The notes: generated from the sequence alone by a model not told the origin. Shown: positions 51,294 to 62,724, counted from the first letter of the stretch. The stretch: DNA of 64,000 nt from Candidatus Nanopelagicales bacterium (GCA_025456015.1 JALOLK010000001.1:22846-86845), one strand, 5' to 3'. Program-made: numbers and translations.

Positions 51294-52165
51294 ACCTGCC
51301 GCCACCGCTGACCGCCGAGGCCCGATCGGCGGCCGCGGCCCGGGGGGTGGCCGCCCGGCAGCTGCGCTCGGGCGTGCGCCTCGCGCTGCGCGACGGCGAC
51401 CTGCGCCTGGCCGAGGTGCTCGCCGACGCCGGCCGCGACGACGACCGGGGCCGTGCCCTGGCCCGCATGAAGGTGGTCGACCTGCTGTCCAGCTTCCGCG
51501 GCATCGGGCCGGTCCGCGCCGCCGCGCTCATGGAGCGCGTCGGCATCGCCGCCAACCGTCGGGTCGGTGGGCTGGGCCACCACCAGGCCGAGGCGCTGCT
51601 CGACGCCCTGGGGGAGGACCGGCCGACCGGGCGCCTCGTGGTGCTCACCGGGCCCTCGGGGGTGGGCAAGGGCACCGTGGTCACCCAGGTGCGCCGGATG
51701 CGTCCCGATGTCTGGATCTCCATCTCGGCCACCACGCGCGCGCCGCGCTCCGGCGAGGTCGACGGGGTGGACTACCTGTTCTGGAGCCGCGAGCACTTCG
51801 CCCGGACCGTCGAGCAGGGCGGGTTCCTCGAGTGGGCGGAGTTCGCGGGCAACCGCTACGGCACGCCGCGCCGGCCCGTCCTGGCCCGCCTGCGGGAGGG
51901 CCAGCCCGTCCTGCTCGAGATCGAGCTGCAGGGGGCCCGCCAGGTGCGCGCGGCCATGCCGAGGGCGTTCATGGTGTTCCTGGCCCCACCGAGCTGGGCC
52001 GATCTCGAGGCACGCCTGCACGGCCGGGGCACCGAGGACGACGCCGCCATCGCCCAGCGCCTGGCCAAGGCCCGCGAGGAGCTCGCGGCGGCCGGGGAGT
52101 TCGACGCGGTGGTCGTCAACGACGACGTCGTCCGGGCCGCGGCCGAGTTGGTAGACTTCCTCTGA
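51290..52165 (+). CDS. gmk: Guanylate kinase with fused N-terminal mIHF/sIHF-like DNA-binding domain
   Basis: Residues 1-108 resemble mIHF (LPPPLT..MKVVDLL..GIGPVRA..RRVGGLG..Q..ALL); then [40 protein letters not shown]; no stop between the two parts. Confidence 0.92.
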   Translation: MNLPPPLTAEARSAAAARGVAARQLRSGVRLALRDGDLRLAEVLADAGRDDDRGRALARMKVVDLLSSFRGIGPVRAAALMERVGIAANRRVGGLGHHQAEALLDALGEDRPTGRLVVLTGPSGVGKGTVVTQVRRMRPDVWISISATTRAPRSGEVDGVDYLFWSREHFARTVEQGGFLEWAEFAGNRYGTPRRPVLARLREGQPVLLEIELQGARQVRAAMPRAFMVFLAPPSWADLEARLHGRGTEDDAAIAQRLAKAREELAAAGEFDAVVVNDDVVRAAAELVDFL

Positions 52166-52246
52166 TCCGCGCCGCGCACCGTCGCGCCGCGCTCCTCGCA
52201 CGTCCCATGCACCTGCCGCATCCCGCGCACCACCAGGAGGGCCGCC

Positions 52247-52552
52247 ATGTCCGGCACCCACACCCGCCCCGAGGGCATCACCTACCCGCCGATCGACGAC
52301 CTCCTCGCCACCACCCCCTCGAAGTACTCGCTGGTCATCGAGGCCGCCAAGCGCGCCCGCCAGATCAACGCGTACTACTCGCAGCTCAGCGAGGGCCTGC
52401 TCGAGTACGTGGGCCCCGTGGTGGAGACCGCGGTGCAGGAGAAGCCGCTGTCGATCGCGCTGCGTGAGATCAACGAGGGCCTGCTCACCGTCGAGGCCAT
52501 CGAGCCCGGCGAGCAGGAGCAGGGCCCGGAGGTCCCTGAGGAGACCTTCTGA
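52247..52552 (+). CDS. rpoZ: RNA polymerase omega subunit
   Basis: [49 protein letters not shown]. Confidence 0.97.
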   Translation: MSGTHTRPEGITYPPIDDLLATTPSKYSLVIEAAKRARQINAYYSQLSEGLLEYVGPVVETAVQEKPLSIALREINEGLLTVEAIEPGEQEQGPEVPEETF

Positions 52553-53814
52553 GCACCGGGGGGTCCGTCGGGTCGACCGGCGCCCGGGCCGCCCGCATCG
52601 TGCTGGGCGTCGGGGGTGGCATCGCCGCGTACAAGGCCGCCCACCTGCTGCGCCTGCTCACCGAGGCCGGCCACGAGGTGCGCGTGGTGCCGACCGAGGC
52701 CGCCCTGCAGTTCGTCGGCCGCGCCACCTGGGCCGCCCTGTCCGGGCAGCCCGTGCACACCAGCGTGTGGGACGACGTCGAGGGCGTGGGCCACGTCCGG
52801 GTGGGCAAGACCGCCGACCTCGTCGTCGTCGCCCCGGCGACGGCCGACCTGCTGGCCCGGGCCGTCGCCGGCCGGGCCGACGACCTGCTCACCGCCACCC
52901 TGCTCACGGCCACCTGTCCGGTGCTCATGGTCCCGGCGATGCACACCGAGATGTGGCAGCACCCGGCCACCGTGGCCAACGTCGCCACGCTGCGGGAGCG
53001 CGGCATCCTCGTGCTGGACCCCGCAGTGGGCCGGCTCACCGGGGCCGACACCGGCCCCGGGCGGCTGCCCGAGCCCGAGGCGATCGCGCAGGCGGTGCAC
53101 GCCGCGCTGCACACCGGCGGGCGGCGCGACCTCGCCGGCCTGCGCGTCGTGGTCAGCGCCGGGGGCACCCGCGAGCCCGTGGACCCGGTCCGGTTCCTGG
53201 GCAACCGCTCGAGCGGCCTGCAGGGGTACGCCCTGGCCGCCGCGGCGGCAGCGCGCGGGGCCGAGGTCACCCTGGTCAGCGCGAACGTGGCCCTGGTCGA
53301 TCCGGCCGGGGTGCGGGTGGTGCCCGTGGGCACCGCGCTCGAGCTCGAGGCGGCGGTCGGCGCCGCAGCGGCGGCGGCCGACGTCGTCGTGATGGCCGCC
53401 GCGGTGGCCGACTTCCGGCCGGCCGAGGTGGCCGCCGACAAGATCAAGAAGGGGGCGCAGCAGGAGCCGGCCCCCATCGCCCTGGTCCGCAACCCCGACG
53501 TGCTCGCCGGCCTGGTCGCGGCACGGCGGTCCGGCACGCTGCCCGCCACGACCACGCTGGTCGGCTTCGCCGCCGAGACCGGTGACGCCGACGCCGATGC
53601 GCTGCAGCACGCCCGCGCCAAGCTCGCCAGCAAGGGCGTGGACCTGCTCGTCGCCAACGACGTCGCCGGCGGCGCGGTGTTCGGCCGGGCCGGGACGGTC
53701 GTGCACCTGCTCACGCCGGACGGGGCCGTGGCCGGCCCCATCGCCGGCGCCAAGGCCGAGGTCGCCCACGCCGTGTGGGACCGCGTGGCCGGGCTGCGCG
53801 CCGCCACCACGTAG
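52549..53814 (+). CDS. coaBC: Phosphopantothenoylcysteine decarboxylase/ligase (start CTG 52549 or GTG 52600)
   Basis: [60 protein letters not shown]. Confidence 0.93.
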   Translation: MSTGGSVGSTGARAARIVLGVGGGIAAYKAAHLLRLLTEAGHEVRVVPTEAALQFVGRATWAALSGQPVHTSVWDDVEGVGHVRVGKTADLVVVAPATADLLARAVAGRADDLLTATLLTATCPVLMVPAMHTEMWQHPATVANVATLRERGILVLDPAVGRLTGADTGPGRLPEPEAIAQAVHAALHTGGRRDLAGLRVVVSAGGTREPVDPVRFLGNRSSGLQGYALAAAAAARGAEVTLVSANVALVDPAGVRVVPVGTALELEAAVGAAAAAADVVVMAAAVADFRPAEVAADKIKKGAQQEPAPIALVRNPDVLAGLVAARRSGTLPATTTLVGFAAETGDADADALQHARAKLASKGVDLLVANDVAGGAVFGRAGTVVHLLTPDGAVAGPIAGAKAEVAHAVWDRVAGLRAATT

Positions 53815-53873
53815 ACTGCGCCCACACCCCGGGCCGCTGGTGCCCGATCCCAAACCCTCAGAAGGGCCAGCAC

Positions 53874-55085
53874 ATGTCCTTGCGCCTGTTCACCTCGGAG
53901 TCCGTCACCGAGGGCCACCCCGACAAGATGGCCGACCAGATCAGCGACGCCATCCTCGACGACCTGCTCCGGCAGGACCCCCGCTCGCGGGTCGCGGTCG
54001 AGACCCTGCTCACGACCGGCCAGGTCCACGTCGCGGGGGAGGTGACCACCGAGGGCTACGCCGAGGTCATGGACATCGTGCGCGGCGTGGTGCTCTCGAT
54101 CGGCTACGACCACTCCGAGAAGGGCTTCGACGGCGAGTCCTGCGGCGTGCAGGTCTCCATCGGCCGGCAGTCCTCCGACATCGCCCAGGGCGTCGACGAC
54201 GCCTTCGAGGAGCGGGTGGAGGGCTCGAACGACGCCCTGGACCGGCAGGGCGCCGGCGACCAGGGCCTCATGTTCGGCTACGCCTGCACCGACACCCCCG
54301 AGCTCATGCCCCTGCCGATCCACCTGGCGCACCGGCTCGCCGAGCAGCTCACGCAGGTGCGCAAGTCCGGCCAGCTGCCCTACCTGCGCGCCGACGGCAA
54401 GACCCAGGTGACGATCGGCTACGACGGCAGCGAGGCCGTCACCGTCGACACCATCGTGGTGTCCTCGCAGCACGCCGCCCACGTGGACCTCGACAAGCAG
54501 CTCGCCCCCGAGATCCGCAAGTTCGTGGTCGAGCCGGTGCTCGCGGGCGTGGACCTCGACACGTCCTCGACCCGACTGCTCGTCAACCCCACCGGCCGCT
54601 TCGTGACCGGCGGGCCGATGGGTGACGCGGGCCTGACCGGACGCAAGATCATCGTCGACACCTATGGCGGCTTCGCCCGTCACGGTGGTGGCGCCTTCTC
54701 CGGCAAGGACCCCTCGAAGGTGGACCGCTCCGCCGCGTACGCGATGCGCTGGGTCGCCAAGAACGTGGTCGCTGCGGGCCTGGCCACGCGCTGCGAGGTG
54801 CAGGTCGCCTACGCGATCGGCAAGGCCCACCCGGTGGGCCTGTTCGTCGAGACCTTCGGGACCGGCGTGGTGCCCGACGCGCAGATCCAGGATGCCGTGC
54901 TCGCGGTGTTCGACCTGCGGCCCGGGGCGATCATCCGCGACCTGCAGCTGCTCGACACCAAGCTCGTGCAGTACCGGCCCACGGCGGCGTACGGGCACTT
55001 CGGCCGTGAGTCCTCGGCCGGCTCCACGTTCACCTGGGAGCGGCTGGACCGCGTCGAGGCGCTGCAGTCCGCCTCGGGCATCTGA
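53874..55085 (+). CDS. metK: S-adenosylmethionine synthetase
   Basis: [50 protein letters not shown]. Confidence 0.98.
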   Translation: MSLRLFTSESVTEGHPDKMADQISDAILDDLLRQDPRSRVAVETLLTTGQVHVAGEVTTEGYAEVMDIVRGVVLSIGYDHSEKGFDGESCGVQVSIGRQSSDIAQGVDDAFEERVEGSNDALDRQGAGDQGLMFGYACTDTPELMPLPIHLAHRLAEQLTQVRKSGQLPYLRADGKTQVTIGYDGSEAVTVDTIVVSSQHAAHVDLDKQLAPEIRKFVVEPVLAGVDLDTSSTRLLVNPTGRFVTGGPMGDAGLTGRKIIVDTYGGFARHGGGAFSGKDPSKVDRSAAYAMRWVAKNVVAAGLATRCEVQVAYAIGKAHPVGLFVETFGTGVVPDAQIQDAVLAVFDLRPGAIIRDLQLLDTKLVQYRPTAAYGHFGRESSAGSTFTWERLDRVEALQSASGI

Positions 55086-55096
55086 GCCCGCCGCTG

Positions 55097-56005
55097 GTGC
55101 TGCCCGACGGCCTCGCCGCGCAGCCCATCAGCCCCGGCACGATCGACGAGGTCGTCGCGCTGGTGCGTGCCTGCGAGGCCCACGACAGTGGTGCGCCGAT
55201 GTACGAGCGCGCGGACCTCGTCGGGGACCTGAGCCTCGTGGATGCGCAGGCCGCCTCGTGCCTGGTGCGGGACGCCGCGGGCGTCCCGGTGGGCTGGGGG
55301 CTGGTGCTGGGTCGGCGGTGCTTCGCCGACGTGCATCCCACCGCACGAGGCCGGGGCATCGGCGGCGCGCTGGTCACGTGGTCGGTCGCGGTGGCCACGG
55401 CCGCGGGCATCGACCGGATCGGCCAGACCATCGAGGACACCCGGGGCGATGCGGTGGCCCTGCTCCGCTCGCACGGGGCGCGGGCGGTGCGCACCTCGTG
55501 GATCCTGCGCCGGTCCCACGACCCGGCGGGACCCGCCCCGCTGGTGGGGCAGGCGCGCCCGGGGATCGAGGTGCGGGCTGCCCGGGCCGACGAGCAGGAC
55601 CACGCGCTGGACCTGCTCGAGCGCGCCTTCGCGACCTGGCCGGACCGCCCGCCGAGCTCGCGCGCGGCGTGGCGGTCGATGGTGACCGAGCGCGAGGGCT
55701 TCCGGGCCGATGCGCTGCAGGTCGCGGTCGAGGCCGACGGCGTGCTGCTGGGGGCCATGCACCTGATCGACGACGGCAGCGAGCTCTGGGTGGACAAGCT
55801 CGGCGTGGACCCGCCGCACCAGCGTCGCGGGGTGGGCCGGGCCCTGCTCGGGCAGGCGTTCCTGATCGGCCACGCGCGGGGCAGGCCCGCCACCGTGCTC
55901 TCGACGGACTCCAACACCGGTGCGCTGGAGTTCTACGAGGGCCTGGGGATGGTCGTCACGCGGTCGTTCACCCACTGGGCGATCCCACTGCGCCTGCCGG
56001 GCTGA
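55097..56005 (+). CDS. Tandem GNAT-family N-acetyltransferase
   Basis: Two motif-A copies (VHPTARGRGIG; VDPPHQRRGVGRALL) and ALEFYEGLGM. Confidence 0.85.
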   Translation: MLPDGLAAQPISPGTIDEVVALVRACEAHDSGAPMYERADLVGDLSLVDAQAASCLVRDAAGVPVGWGLVLGRRCFADVHPTARGRGIGGALVTWSVAVATAAGIDRIGQTIEDTRGDAVALLRSHGARAVRTSWILRRSHDPAGPAPLVGQARPGIEVRAARADEQDHALDLLERAFATWPDRPPSSRAAWRSMVTEREGFRADALQVAVEADGVLLGAMHLIDDGSELWVDKLGVDPPHQRRGVGRALLGQAFLIGHARGRPATVLSTDSNTGALEFYEGLGMVVTRSFTHWAIPLRLPG

Positions 56006-56222
56006 CGCACCGCGCCCGCTTGCCCGGCTGCGGTTGCGCCGGGATCGCGCGCCCGCTGGCGCCCCCGGCGGGACTTGCGCCGGGATCGCGGGTCGTTCGC
56101 GCGAGCAGACTCGACGCAACCACGACAACGGCGAGCAATCCCGGCCGGAATGCGCCGAGGGTCGCCGGCGTCCCCAGGCACCCGGGGCGCGTGGGCCTGG
56201 CCTGTGGATCGGGCGGCGGTGA

Positions 56223-56244
56223 TGTCGGTGCGGTCGGCCAGACT
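56223..56244 (+). promoter_or_regulatory. PafBC-type (RecA-NDp) promoter, leaderless, for priA
   Basis: TGTCGGTG-N8-CAGACT, then 6 nt to the GTG start. Confidence 0.65.
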
Positions 56245-56250
56245 GGGCCC

Positions 56251-58323
56251 GTGCCGGACGAGCAGATCGCGCTGCCGGGCGTCGGCCCCAGGGCCCGACG
56301 TCGGGCCGGCGCGCCCGCGCCCGAGCCGGCGTTGGCGCTGCCGGTCGCGCGGGTCGCGCTGCTGACCCCGCTGCCGCATCTGGACCGGCCCTTCGACTAC
56401 CTGGTCCCTGCCACCCTGGCCGAGCAGGCCCTCCCCGGCGCGCGCGTGCGGGTGCGGCTGGCGGGCCGCCTGGTCGACGGTGTCGTCCTCGAGCGGGTGG
56501 CGGCGTCGACCCGGGAGCTGCAACCCATCCGGTCCGTGCATGGCCCGCCGGTGCTGGCCCCCGCGATCGCCGCGCTCTGCCGGGCGGTCGCCGACCGGTA
56601 CGCCGGCACGTTCTCCGACGTCGTGCGGGCGGCGGTGCCACCCCGGCACGCCCGTGCCGAGGCACGCGCGGCGGCGCGGGTCGGTTCCGCAGACAGCGAC
56701 GCGACGACTCGCCCGGGAGCGCCCGGCACCACCGGCGGGGAGGTCGACGCCGCCCCTGCCCCGGGGGGCGTGGGGAGGGCAGGCTGGGCCCGCTACGACG
56801 GCGGCGAGGCGCTGCTGCGCGGGCTGGGTGGCCCCGATCCGGCGCGCGCGCTGTGGGTGGCCGCGCCCGGTGAGCAGGTGCCCGCCCGGATCGCCGACCT
56901 GGTGGGGGCCACCGCGGCTCGGGGTCGGGGGGCGATCGTGGTCGTGCCCGACGCTGCCGACCTCGCCCGCATCGCCGAGGCCCTCGGCGGCGCCCGGGAG
57001 GGCGTCGTCCGGCTGTCGGCCGAACTCGGCCCCGAGGCGCGGTACGCCGCGTTCCTGCGGGTGCTCCGCGGTGAGGCCCGCGTCGTCGTCGGCACCCGCG
57101 CGGCGGTGTTCGCGCCCGTCGCCGAGCTGGGCCTGGTCGTGGTCTGGGACGACGGCGACGACGCGCTGTCCGAGCCGCACGCCCCCGGGTGGCACGCCCG
57201 GGAGGTCGCGGCGCTGCGGAGCATGGCCGAGGGTGCGAGCCTGGTCGTCGGCGGCAGTTCGGTCACCCTCGAGGCGGCGCGCATGGCCGGCTCGGGCTGG
57301 CTGCAGGTCGTCGCCCTGACCAGGGCTGCGGTCCGTGCGGCGATGCCCCGGGTCCAGTCGGCCGCGGACGTCGCGCACCCGGACCCGTCCCGGGCGGGCG
57401 ACCGCATCCCGCCCATCGTGGTGGCGGCCCTGCGCGAGGGGCTCGAGCGCGGCCCCGTGCTGGTCGTGGTGCCGCGCGCCGGCTACGTGCCGGTCCTGGC
57501 CTGCCAGGGCTGTCGGGAGCCGGCCCGGTGCCCGCAGTGCGGCCGCGCCATGCGTGCCGAGGACGCCACCCGACGGCCTGTGTGTCCCACGCACGGTGCC
57601 CCGGTGGATTGGCGCTGCCCGCTCTGCGCGGGGGAGCAGGTGCGCGCCGTCGTGGTCGGCGTGCGCCGGACCGCCGAGGAGTTCGGCCGTGCCCTGCCCG
57701 GGGCCACCGTGGCGCTGGCCACGGGGGAGGCCCCGCTGCGCGCCCTGCGGACCCAGCGGACCCTCGTGGTCGCCACCCCCGGCGCCGAGCCCGACCCGGG
57801 CCCGGGGGGCTACGCAGCCGCCGTCCTGCTCGACGCCGCGGCCGCGCTGTCCCGGCCGGGGCTGCGCACGGCCGAGGAGGTGCTGCGCCGCTGGTTCGCG
57901 GCGGCGACCCGCGTGCGGCCCGCCGCCGACGGGGGGCGGGTCCTGGTGGTGGGTGAGCCCGACGGCCGCGAGGTGCAGGCGCTCATCCGGTGGGACCCCC
58001 TGGGCTACGCCCAGCGCGAGCTCGACGAGCGGCGCAGCCTCGCCCTGCCCCCGGCGGTCCGGGTGGCCCACGTCGGCGGCGCGGCGCTGCCGGCGGGCGA
58101 GGTGGTGCAGGCCGTGTGCGACGAGCTGGGCGAGCGGGTCGTGCGCCGCTCGGGGCCGTTGCCCGTGGCCGGGGAGGACGGCGGCGAGCAGGTGGCCTGG
58201 CAGGTGGCGACGTCGATCGCCGATGGCGCCGCGCTGGCGGCGGCCCTGCAGCACGAGCAGGCCCGGCGCTCGGCCCGACGGGCCCCGGTCGTGTCGGTCC
58301 GGCTCGATCCAGCCGGCCGATGA
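56251..58323 (+). CDS. priA: Primosomal protein N' (replication restart), actinobacterial type
   Basis: PLPHLDRPFDYLV, RVRVRLAGR, VVGTRAAVFAP, Cys-rich zinc region CQGC..CPQC..CPTH..CPLC, RRTAEEFGR. Confidence 0.9.
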   Translation: MPDEQIALPGVGPRARRRAGAPAPEPALALPVARVALLTPLPHLDRPFDYLVPATLAEQALPGARVRVRLAGRLVDGVVLERVAASTRELQPIRSVHGPPVLAPAIAALCRAVADRYAGTFSDVVRAAVPPRHARAEARAAARVGSADSDATTRPGAPGTTGGEVDAAPAPGGVGRAGWARYDGGEALLRGLGGPDPARALWVAAPGEQVPARIADLVGATAARGRGAIVVVPDAADLARIAEALGGAREGVVRLSAELGPEARYAAFLRVLRGEARVVVGTRAAVFAPVAELGLVVVWDDGDDALSEPHAPGWHAREVAALRSMAEGASLVVGGSSVTLEAARMAGSGWLQVVALTRAAVRAAMPRVQSAADVAHPDPSRAGDRIPPIVVAALREGLERGPVLVVVPRAGYVPVLACQGCREPARCPQCGRAMRAEDATRRPVCPTHGAPVDWRCPLCAGEQVRAVVVGVRRTAEEFGRALPGATVALATGEAPLRALRTQRTLVVATPGAEPDPGPGGYAAAVLLDAAAALSRPGLRTAEEVLRRWFAAATRVRPAADGGRVLVVGEPDGREVQALIRWDPLGYAQRELDERRSLALPPAVRVAHVGGAALPAGEVVQAVCDELGERVVRRSGPLPVAGEDGGEQVAWQVATSIADGAALAAALQHEQARRSARRAPVVSVRLDPAGR

Positions 58324-58406
58324 CGCCGCACGCCGAGCCGCGACCCCCGCCGACAAGCCGGCGGCAACGCCCGACGGCGCTCGCGCCCCCCACCTAGACT
58401 GGGCCC

Positions 58407-58946
58407 ATGCTCAAGCCGATCCGCCTCTTCGGCGACCCCGTGCTGCGCACGCCGGCGGCCCCCGTCGAGACGTTCGACAAGGAGCTGCGCCAGCTCGTGG
58501 CCGACCTCACCGACACGATGATGGACGCCCCCGGGGTCGGCCTGGCCGCCCCGCAGATCGGGGTGTCCCTGCGGGTCTTCACCTACTGGGTGGACGACGT
58601 GGTGGGGCACCTCATCAACCCGGACCTCGACCTGTCCGACGAGCTGCAGGACGGCGAGGAGGGCTGCCTGTCGCTGCCCGGCCTGTCCTACGACACGAAG
58701 CGGGCCCTGCGGGTGGTCGCCAAGGGCATGACCATGCACGGCGAGCCCGTGGTCCTCGAGGGCAGCGACCTGCTGGCCCGCTGCGTGCAGCACGAGACCG
58801 ACCACCTCGACGGGGTGCTCTTCATCGACCGGCTGGACCCCGAGGTGCGCAAGCAGGCCATGCGCGAGATCCGCGACGCCGAGTGGTTCGGTGCCCCTCC
58901 CGTGGTGCGGTTCAGCCCGCACGCCATCCGACCCGGGCTCGGCTGA
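58407..58946 (+). CDS. def: Peptide deformylase
   Basis: [24 protein letters not shown]. Confidence 0.98.
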   Translation: MLKPIRLFGDPVLRTPAAPVETFDKELRQLVADLTDTMMDAPGVGLAAPQIGVSLRVFTYWVDDVVGHLINPDLDLSDELQDGEEGCLSLPGLSYDTKRALRVVAKGMTMHGEPVVLEGSDLLARCVQHETDHLDGVLFIDRLDPEVRKQAMREIRDAEWFGAPPVVRFSPHAIRPGLG

Positions 58947-58956
58947 GGGCCCCGGC

Positions 58957-59883
58957 GTGCGGCTGCTCTTCGCCGGCACCCCCGAGGTGGCCGTGCCCTC
59001 CCTGCGTGCCCTGCTGGCCTCCTCCCACGAGGTGGTCGCCGTGCTCACCCGGCCCGACGCGGCCGCCGGGCGGGGTCGGCGCCTCGTGCCCTCGCCGGTC
59101 GCCGAGGTGGCCCTGGCCGAGGGCATCGAGGTCCTGCGGCCGTCGCGTCCCCGGGATCCGGACTTCCTCACCCGCCTGGCCGAGCTCGCCCCGGATGCCG
59201 CACCGATCGTGGCCTATGGCGGGCTCATCCCCTCAGCCGCCCTGGCCGTCCCCCCGCACGGGTGGGTGAACCTGCACTTCTCCCTGCTGCCCGCGTGGCG
59301 GGGAGCCGCCCCAGTCCAGCACGCGATCATGGCCGGTGACGCGGTGACCGGGGCCAGCACCTTCCGCCTCGAGGAGGGCCTGGACACCGGGCCGGTGTTC
59401 GGCGTGGTGACCGAGCCGATCCGGCCCACCGACACGGCCGGGGACCTGCTGGCCCGCCTGGCCGAGTCCGGTGCCGAGCTGCTGGTGCGGACCCTCGACG
59501 GCCTGGCCGCAGGCGCGCTGGCCGCCGTGCCGCAGCCCGGGGACGGCGTGAGCCTGGCGCCGAAGCTCACGGTCGAGGACGCCCGCGTGGTGTGGGGCGA
59601 ACCGGCCATGCGCGTGGACCGCCTCGTCCGCGGCTGCACGCCCGCCCCCGGGGCCTGGAGCACGTTCCGCGACGAGCGGGTGAAGCTGGGCCCGGTGCGC
59701 CCCGACCCCGCCGTGGCCGACCTGGCCCCCGGCGAGCTGCGGGCCGCCAAGCAGGACGTCTGGGTGGGCACGGCCACGCACGCCGTGCGCCTGGGCGACG
59801 TGCAGGCCCAGGGCAAGCGGATGATGCCGGCCGGCGACTGGGCCCGCGGACTGCGGGTGCAGGCCGGGGAATGCCTTGCCTGA
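58957..59883 (+). CDS. fmt: Methionyl-tRNA formyltransferase
   Basis: [36 protein letters not shown]. Confidence 0.97.
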   Translation: MRLLFAGTPEVAVPSLRALLASSHEVVAVLTRPDAAAGRGRRLVPSPVAEVALAEGIEVLRPSRPRDPDFLTRLAELAPDAAPIVAYGGLIPSAALAVPPHGWVNLHFSLLPAWRGAAPVQHAIMAGDAVTGASTFRLEEGLDTGPVFGVVTEPIRPTDTAGDLLARLAESGAELLVRTLDGLAAGALAAVPQPGDGVSLAPKLTVEDARVVWGEPAMRVDRLVRGCTPAPGAWSTFRDERVKLGPVRPDPAVADLAPGELRAAKQDVWVGTATHAVRLGDVQAQGKRMMPAGDWARGLRVQAGECLA

Positions 59884-61303
59884 CGCCCGCCCGGCCCGCC
59901 GCCCGGCACGCGGGCGCGTGGACCCGGCCCGGCTCGCCGCGTTCGAGCTGCTGCGCAGCGTCGCCGAGGACGACGCCTACGCCAACCTCGTGTGGCCGCG
60001 CATCCTGGGACGGCACCGGCTCGACGGCCGCGACGCCGCGTTCGCCACCGAGCTGGCCTACGGCACCCTGCGCTGGCGGGGCCGCCACGACGCGATCCTG
60101 GACGCCTGCGTGGACCGCGGGATCGCCTCCGTCCAGCCCGCCCTGCTCGACGCGCTGCGCCTCGGCGTGCACCAGGTGCAGGCGATGCGCGTGGCCGAGC
60201 ACGCGGCGGTCGACACCACCGTGGCCCTGGTGCGGGCCCGGGTGCACGACGGTGCGGCGGGGTTCGCCAACGCGGTGCTGCGCCGGGTCGTCCGCGGCGG
60301 TGACGCGCAGGCCTGGCTGGCCGCGCTGGTGGCCGAGGGCCGGCTGCCCGCGCTCGACGTCGACCCCCCCGCGCACCTGGCCGTGGCCACCTCCCATCCG
60401 GCCTGGATCGTGCGAGCCGACCACGAGGCCCTCGCCGCCAGCGATCCGAGCCGCACCTGGGAGGACACCGGCGACGCCCTGCTGGCCGACAACCGCGCCG
60501 CCGCCGTCACGCTCGTGGCCCGCACGCTGCCCCGCGACGAGCTGCTGGCGGCACTGCTCGACGAGGGCATCGACGCGGCCCCCGGCCGGTGGTCACGCCT
60601 GGCGGTGCGTGTCTCGGCCGTCGAGCCGGGCCGCCTCGCCCCCGTGGCGACGGGGGCCGCGGGCGTGCAGGACGAGGGCAGCCAGGTGGTGGCGCTCGCC
60701 CTGGCCGAGGCTGCGCTCGACGGCCCCGACACCCGCTGGCTCGACCTGTGCGCCGGGCCGGGGGGCAAGGCTGCGCTGCTCGCCGGCGAGGTGGCCCGGC
60801 GGGGCGGGAGCCTCACCGCGGTCGAGCTGCACCCGCACCGCGCCGAGCTCGTCCGCTCGGCGCTGCGTCCCATCCGCGGCCGCCACGAGGTCGTCGTGGG
60901 GGATGCACTCGCCACTGACCTCGGCGAGCCCTTCGACCGGGTGCTCGTCGACGCGCCGTGCACGGGCCTGGGGGCCCTGCGCCGGCGCCCGGAGTCGCGC
61001 TGGCGGCGCCGGCGCGAGGACCTGCCCGAGCTCACCGCGCTGCAGCGACGGCTCCTCGCCCGGGCCCTGGCGGCGGTCCGGCCCGGCGGCCTGGTGCTCT
61101 ACGCCACCTGCTCGCCGCACCTGGCCGAGACCGACGCGGTGGTCGCCGAGGCCGCGCGCCTCGGTGGCCAGCTGCTCGCCCTCGACGAGGTCCCGGGGGT
61201 GTCGCTGCCGGAGGGGGCGACGGCGGGTGGGGCACTGCGGCTGTGGCCCCACCTGCACGACACCGACGGCATGTACGCCGCCCTGATCCGACGCACCCCC
61301 TGA
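59876..61303 (+). CDS. rsmB: RsmB/Sun 16S rRNA m5C methyltransferase
   Basis: N-terminal NusB-like domain, [36 protein letters not shown] start. Confidence 0.92.
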   Translation: MPDARPARRPARGRVDPARLAAFELLRSVAEDDAYANLVWPRILGRHRLDGRDAAFATELAYGTLRWRGRHDAILDACVDRGIASVQPALLDALRLGVHQVQAMRVAEHAAVDTTVALVRARVHDGAAGFANAVLRRVVRGGDAQAWLAALVAEGRLPALDVDPPAHLAVATSHPAWIVRADHEALAASDPSRTWEDTGDALLADNRAAAVTLVARTLPRDELLAALLDEGIDAAPGRWSRLAVRVSAVEPGRLAPVATGAAGVQDEGSQVVALALAEAALDGPDTRWLDLCAGPGGKAALLAGEVARRGGSLTAVELHPHRAELVRSALRPIRGRHEVVVGDALATDLGEPFDRVLVDAPCTGLGALRRRPESRWRRRREDLPELTALQRRLLARALAAVRPGGLVLYATCSPHLAETDAVVAEAARLGGQLLALDEVPGVSLPEGATAGGALRLWPHLHDTDGMYAALIRRTP

Positions 61304-61385
61304 GCCGCCTGACGGGGCTACGGTGGGCGGCCCGGGGGCGCGGGGGCGCGCCCCATCGGCCGGCGTGCAGCGCGACGAGGTGGGC

Positions 61386-62687
61386 ATGACGAACAGGCGG
61401 GATGCGACCCGGCGTGGCGCCGCGGCCCCGGCGCACCGCCCGCTCGTGTCCGCCGGCGGCCTCCAGCGCCGCTCCCTGCGCGTCCTGGCTGCGGCCCAGG
61501 TGCTCGGCGGCCTGGGCGTGGGGGCGAACGTGGCGGCCAGCGGGCTCATCGCCGCGCAGGTGGCCGGCAGCGAGGCGGTGGCCGGCCTGGCCTCGACCGC
61601 CGCGGTGCTCGGGGCCGGCCTGGCCGCGGTCCCGCTGGCGGGGCTGACCTCCGAGCGCGGCCGGCGCCACGGCCTGGCCGCCGGGCTGGTCACCGGCGCC
61701 CTCGGGGCGGTGCTCGTGGTGCTCGGGGCGACCCTCGGCGTGCTGGCGCTGGCGCTGGTCGGCATCCTGCTGACCGGCTCGGCCACGGCCAGCGGCCTGC
61801 AGGCCCGCTACGCCGCCACCGACCTTGCCGCCCCCGGCCACGCCGCGGGTGCCATGTCGGTCGTCGTGTGGGCCACGACCGTGGGTGCGGTGCTCGGTCC
61901 CAACCTCAGCGGCGTGGGGGCGCAGCTGGGGGAGCGCCTGGGCATCATGGCCCTGGCGGGCACCTACGTGATCTCAGCGGTCGCGTTCCTGGCCGCGGCC
62001 GGCGTGGTGTGGGCGCTGCTGCGGCCCGATCCACTGCTCGTCGCCCGCAGCCGTGACCCCGAGCTGGGCTCGGCCGTGCACGGGCCCCGGCTGCGGGAGC
62101 GGACCACGCGGGCCTGGACGGTGGTCCGCGGCACGCCGGACGCGCTGCTCGGTCTTGCTGCCGTGGCCCTCGGCCACGCCGCGATGGTCGCGGTCATGGT
62201 GATGACGCCGGTGCACATGGCCCACGCCGACGTGTCGATCACCGTGATCGGGGTGGTCATCAGCGTGCACATCCTCGGCATGTACGCGCTGTCGCCGGTG
62301 GTCGGCTGGGCCGCCGACCGGGTGGGCCGGCATGCCGTGCTCGTGGCGGGGGCCGTGCTGCTGCTGGCCGCCGCCGCGATCGCCGGGCTCGCCCCGGCGG
62401 ATCACCACGTGGCGGTGGGTGGGGGCCTGTTCCTGCTCGGCCTGGGCTGGTCGTGCTGCCTGGTCGCCGGCTCGACGCTGCTGTCCGAGTCGGTCCCCGT
62501 GGCCTCCCGGCAGGACAGCCAGGGCCTGTCGGACCTCACGATGAACGTCGCCGCGGCGATCGCCGGCGCGGCTGCCGGCGGGGTCGTGGCCGTGCTCTCC
62601 TACGGCTGGCTGGCGGCGCTGGCCGGAGCCATCGTGCTGCCGCTGGCCGCGGGGGCCTGGCGCACCCGGGGCGTGGCCGCGCGCTGA
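61386..62687 (+). CDS. Major facilitator superfamily transporter
   Basis: About 12 hydrophobic helices; SERGRR and ADRVGR loop motifs; [18 protein letters not shown]; start uncertain. Confidence 0.85.
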   Translation: MTNRRDATRRGAAAPAHRPLVSAGGLQRRSLRVLAAAQVLGGLGVGANVAASGLIAAQVAGSEAVAGLASTAAVLGAGLAAVPLAGLTSERGRRHGLAAGLVTGALGAVLVVLGATLGVLALALVGILLTGSATASGLQARYAATDLAAPGHAAGAMSVVVWATTVGAVLGPNLSGVGAQLGERLGIMALAGTYVISAVAFLAAAGVVWALLRPDPLLVARSRDPELGSAVHGPRLRERTTRAWTVVRGTPDALLGLAAVALGHAAMVAVMVMTPVHMAHADVSITVIGVVISVHILGMYALSPVVGWAADRVGRHAVLVAGAVLLLAAAAIAGLAPADHHVAVGGGLFLLGLGWSCCLVAGSTLLSESVPVASRQDSQGLSDLTMNVAAAIAGAAAGGVVAVLSYGWLAALAGAIVLPLAAGAWRTRGVAAR

Positions 62688-62724
62688 GCCTTCGGCCCGC
62701 GGCGGGCGCACTACCCTGTGCGCC

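Noticed and set aside
51611..51640. Internal translation start separating gmk from the mIHF domain
   Set aside because: GGAGG at 51613 is about 20 nt from the next in-frame GTG, too far for a functional RBS; possibly a relic
53815..53873. SAM riboswitch before metK
   Set aside because: Leader is only about 50 nt after the TAGACT -10 and shows no SAM-I/IV consensus
56034..56090. Mini CRISPR array
   Set aside because: Only two 16-nt repeats and no cas genes in the window
54664..56250. Apparent N-terminal extension of PriA (1219-aa ORF)
   Set aside because: Arg/Pro-rich off-frame read across metK and the GNAT gene; the promoter defines GTG 56251
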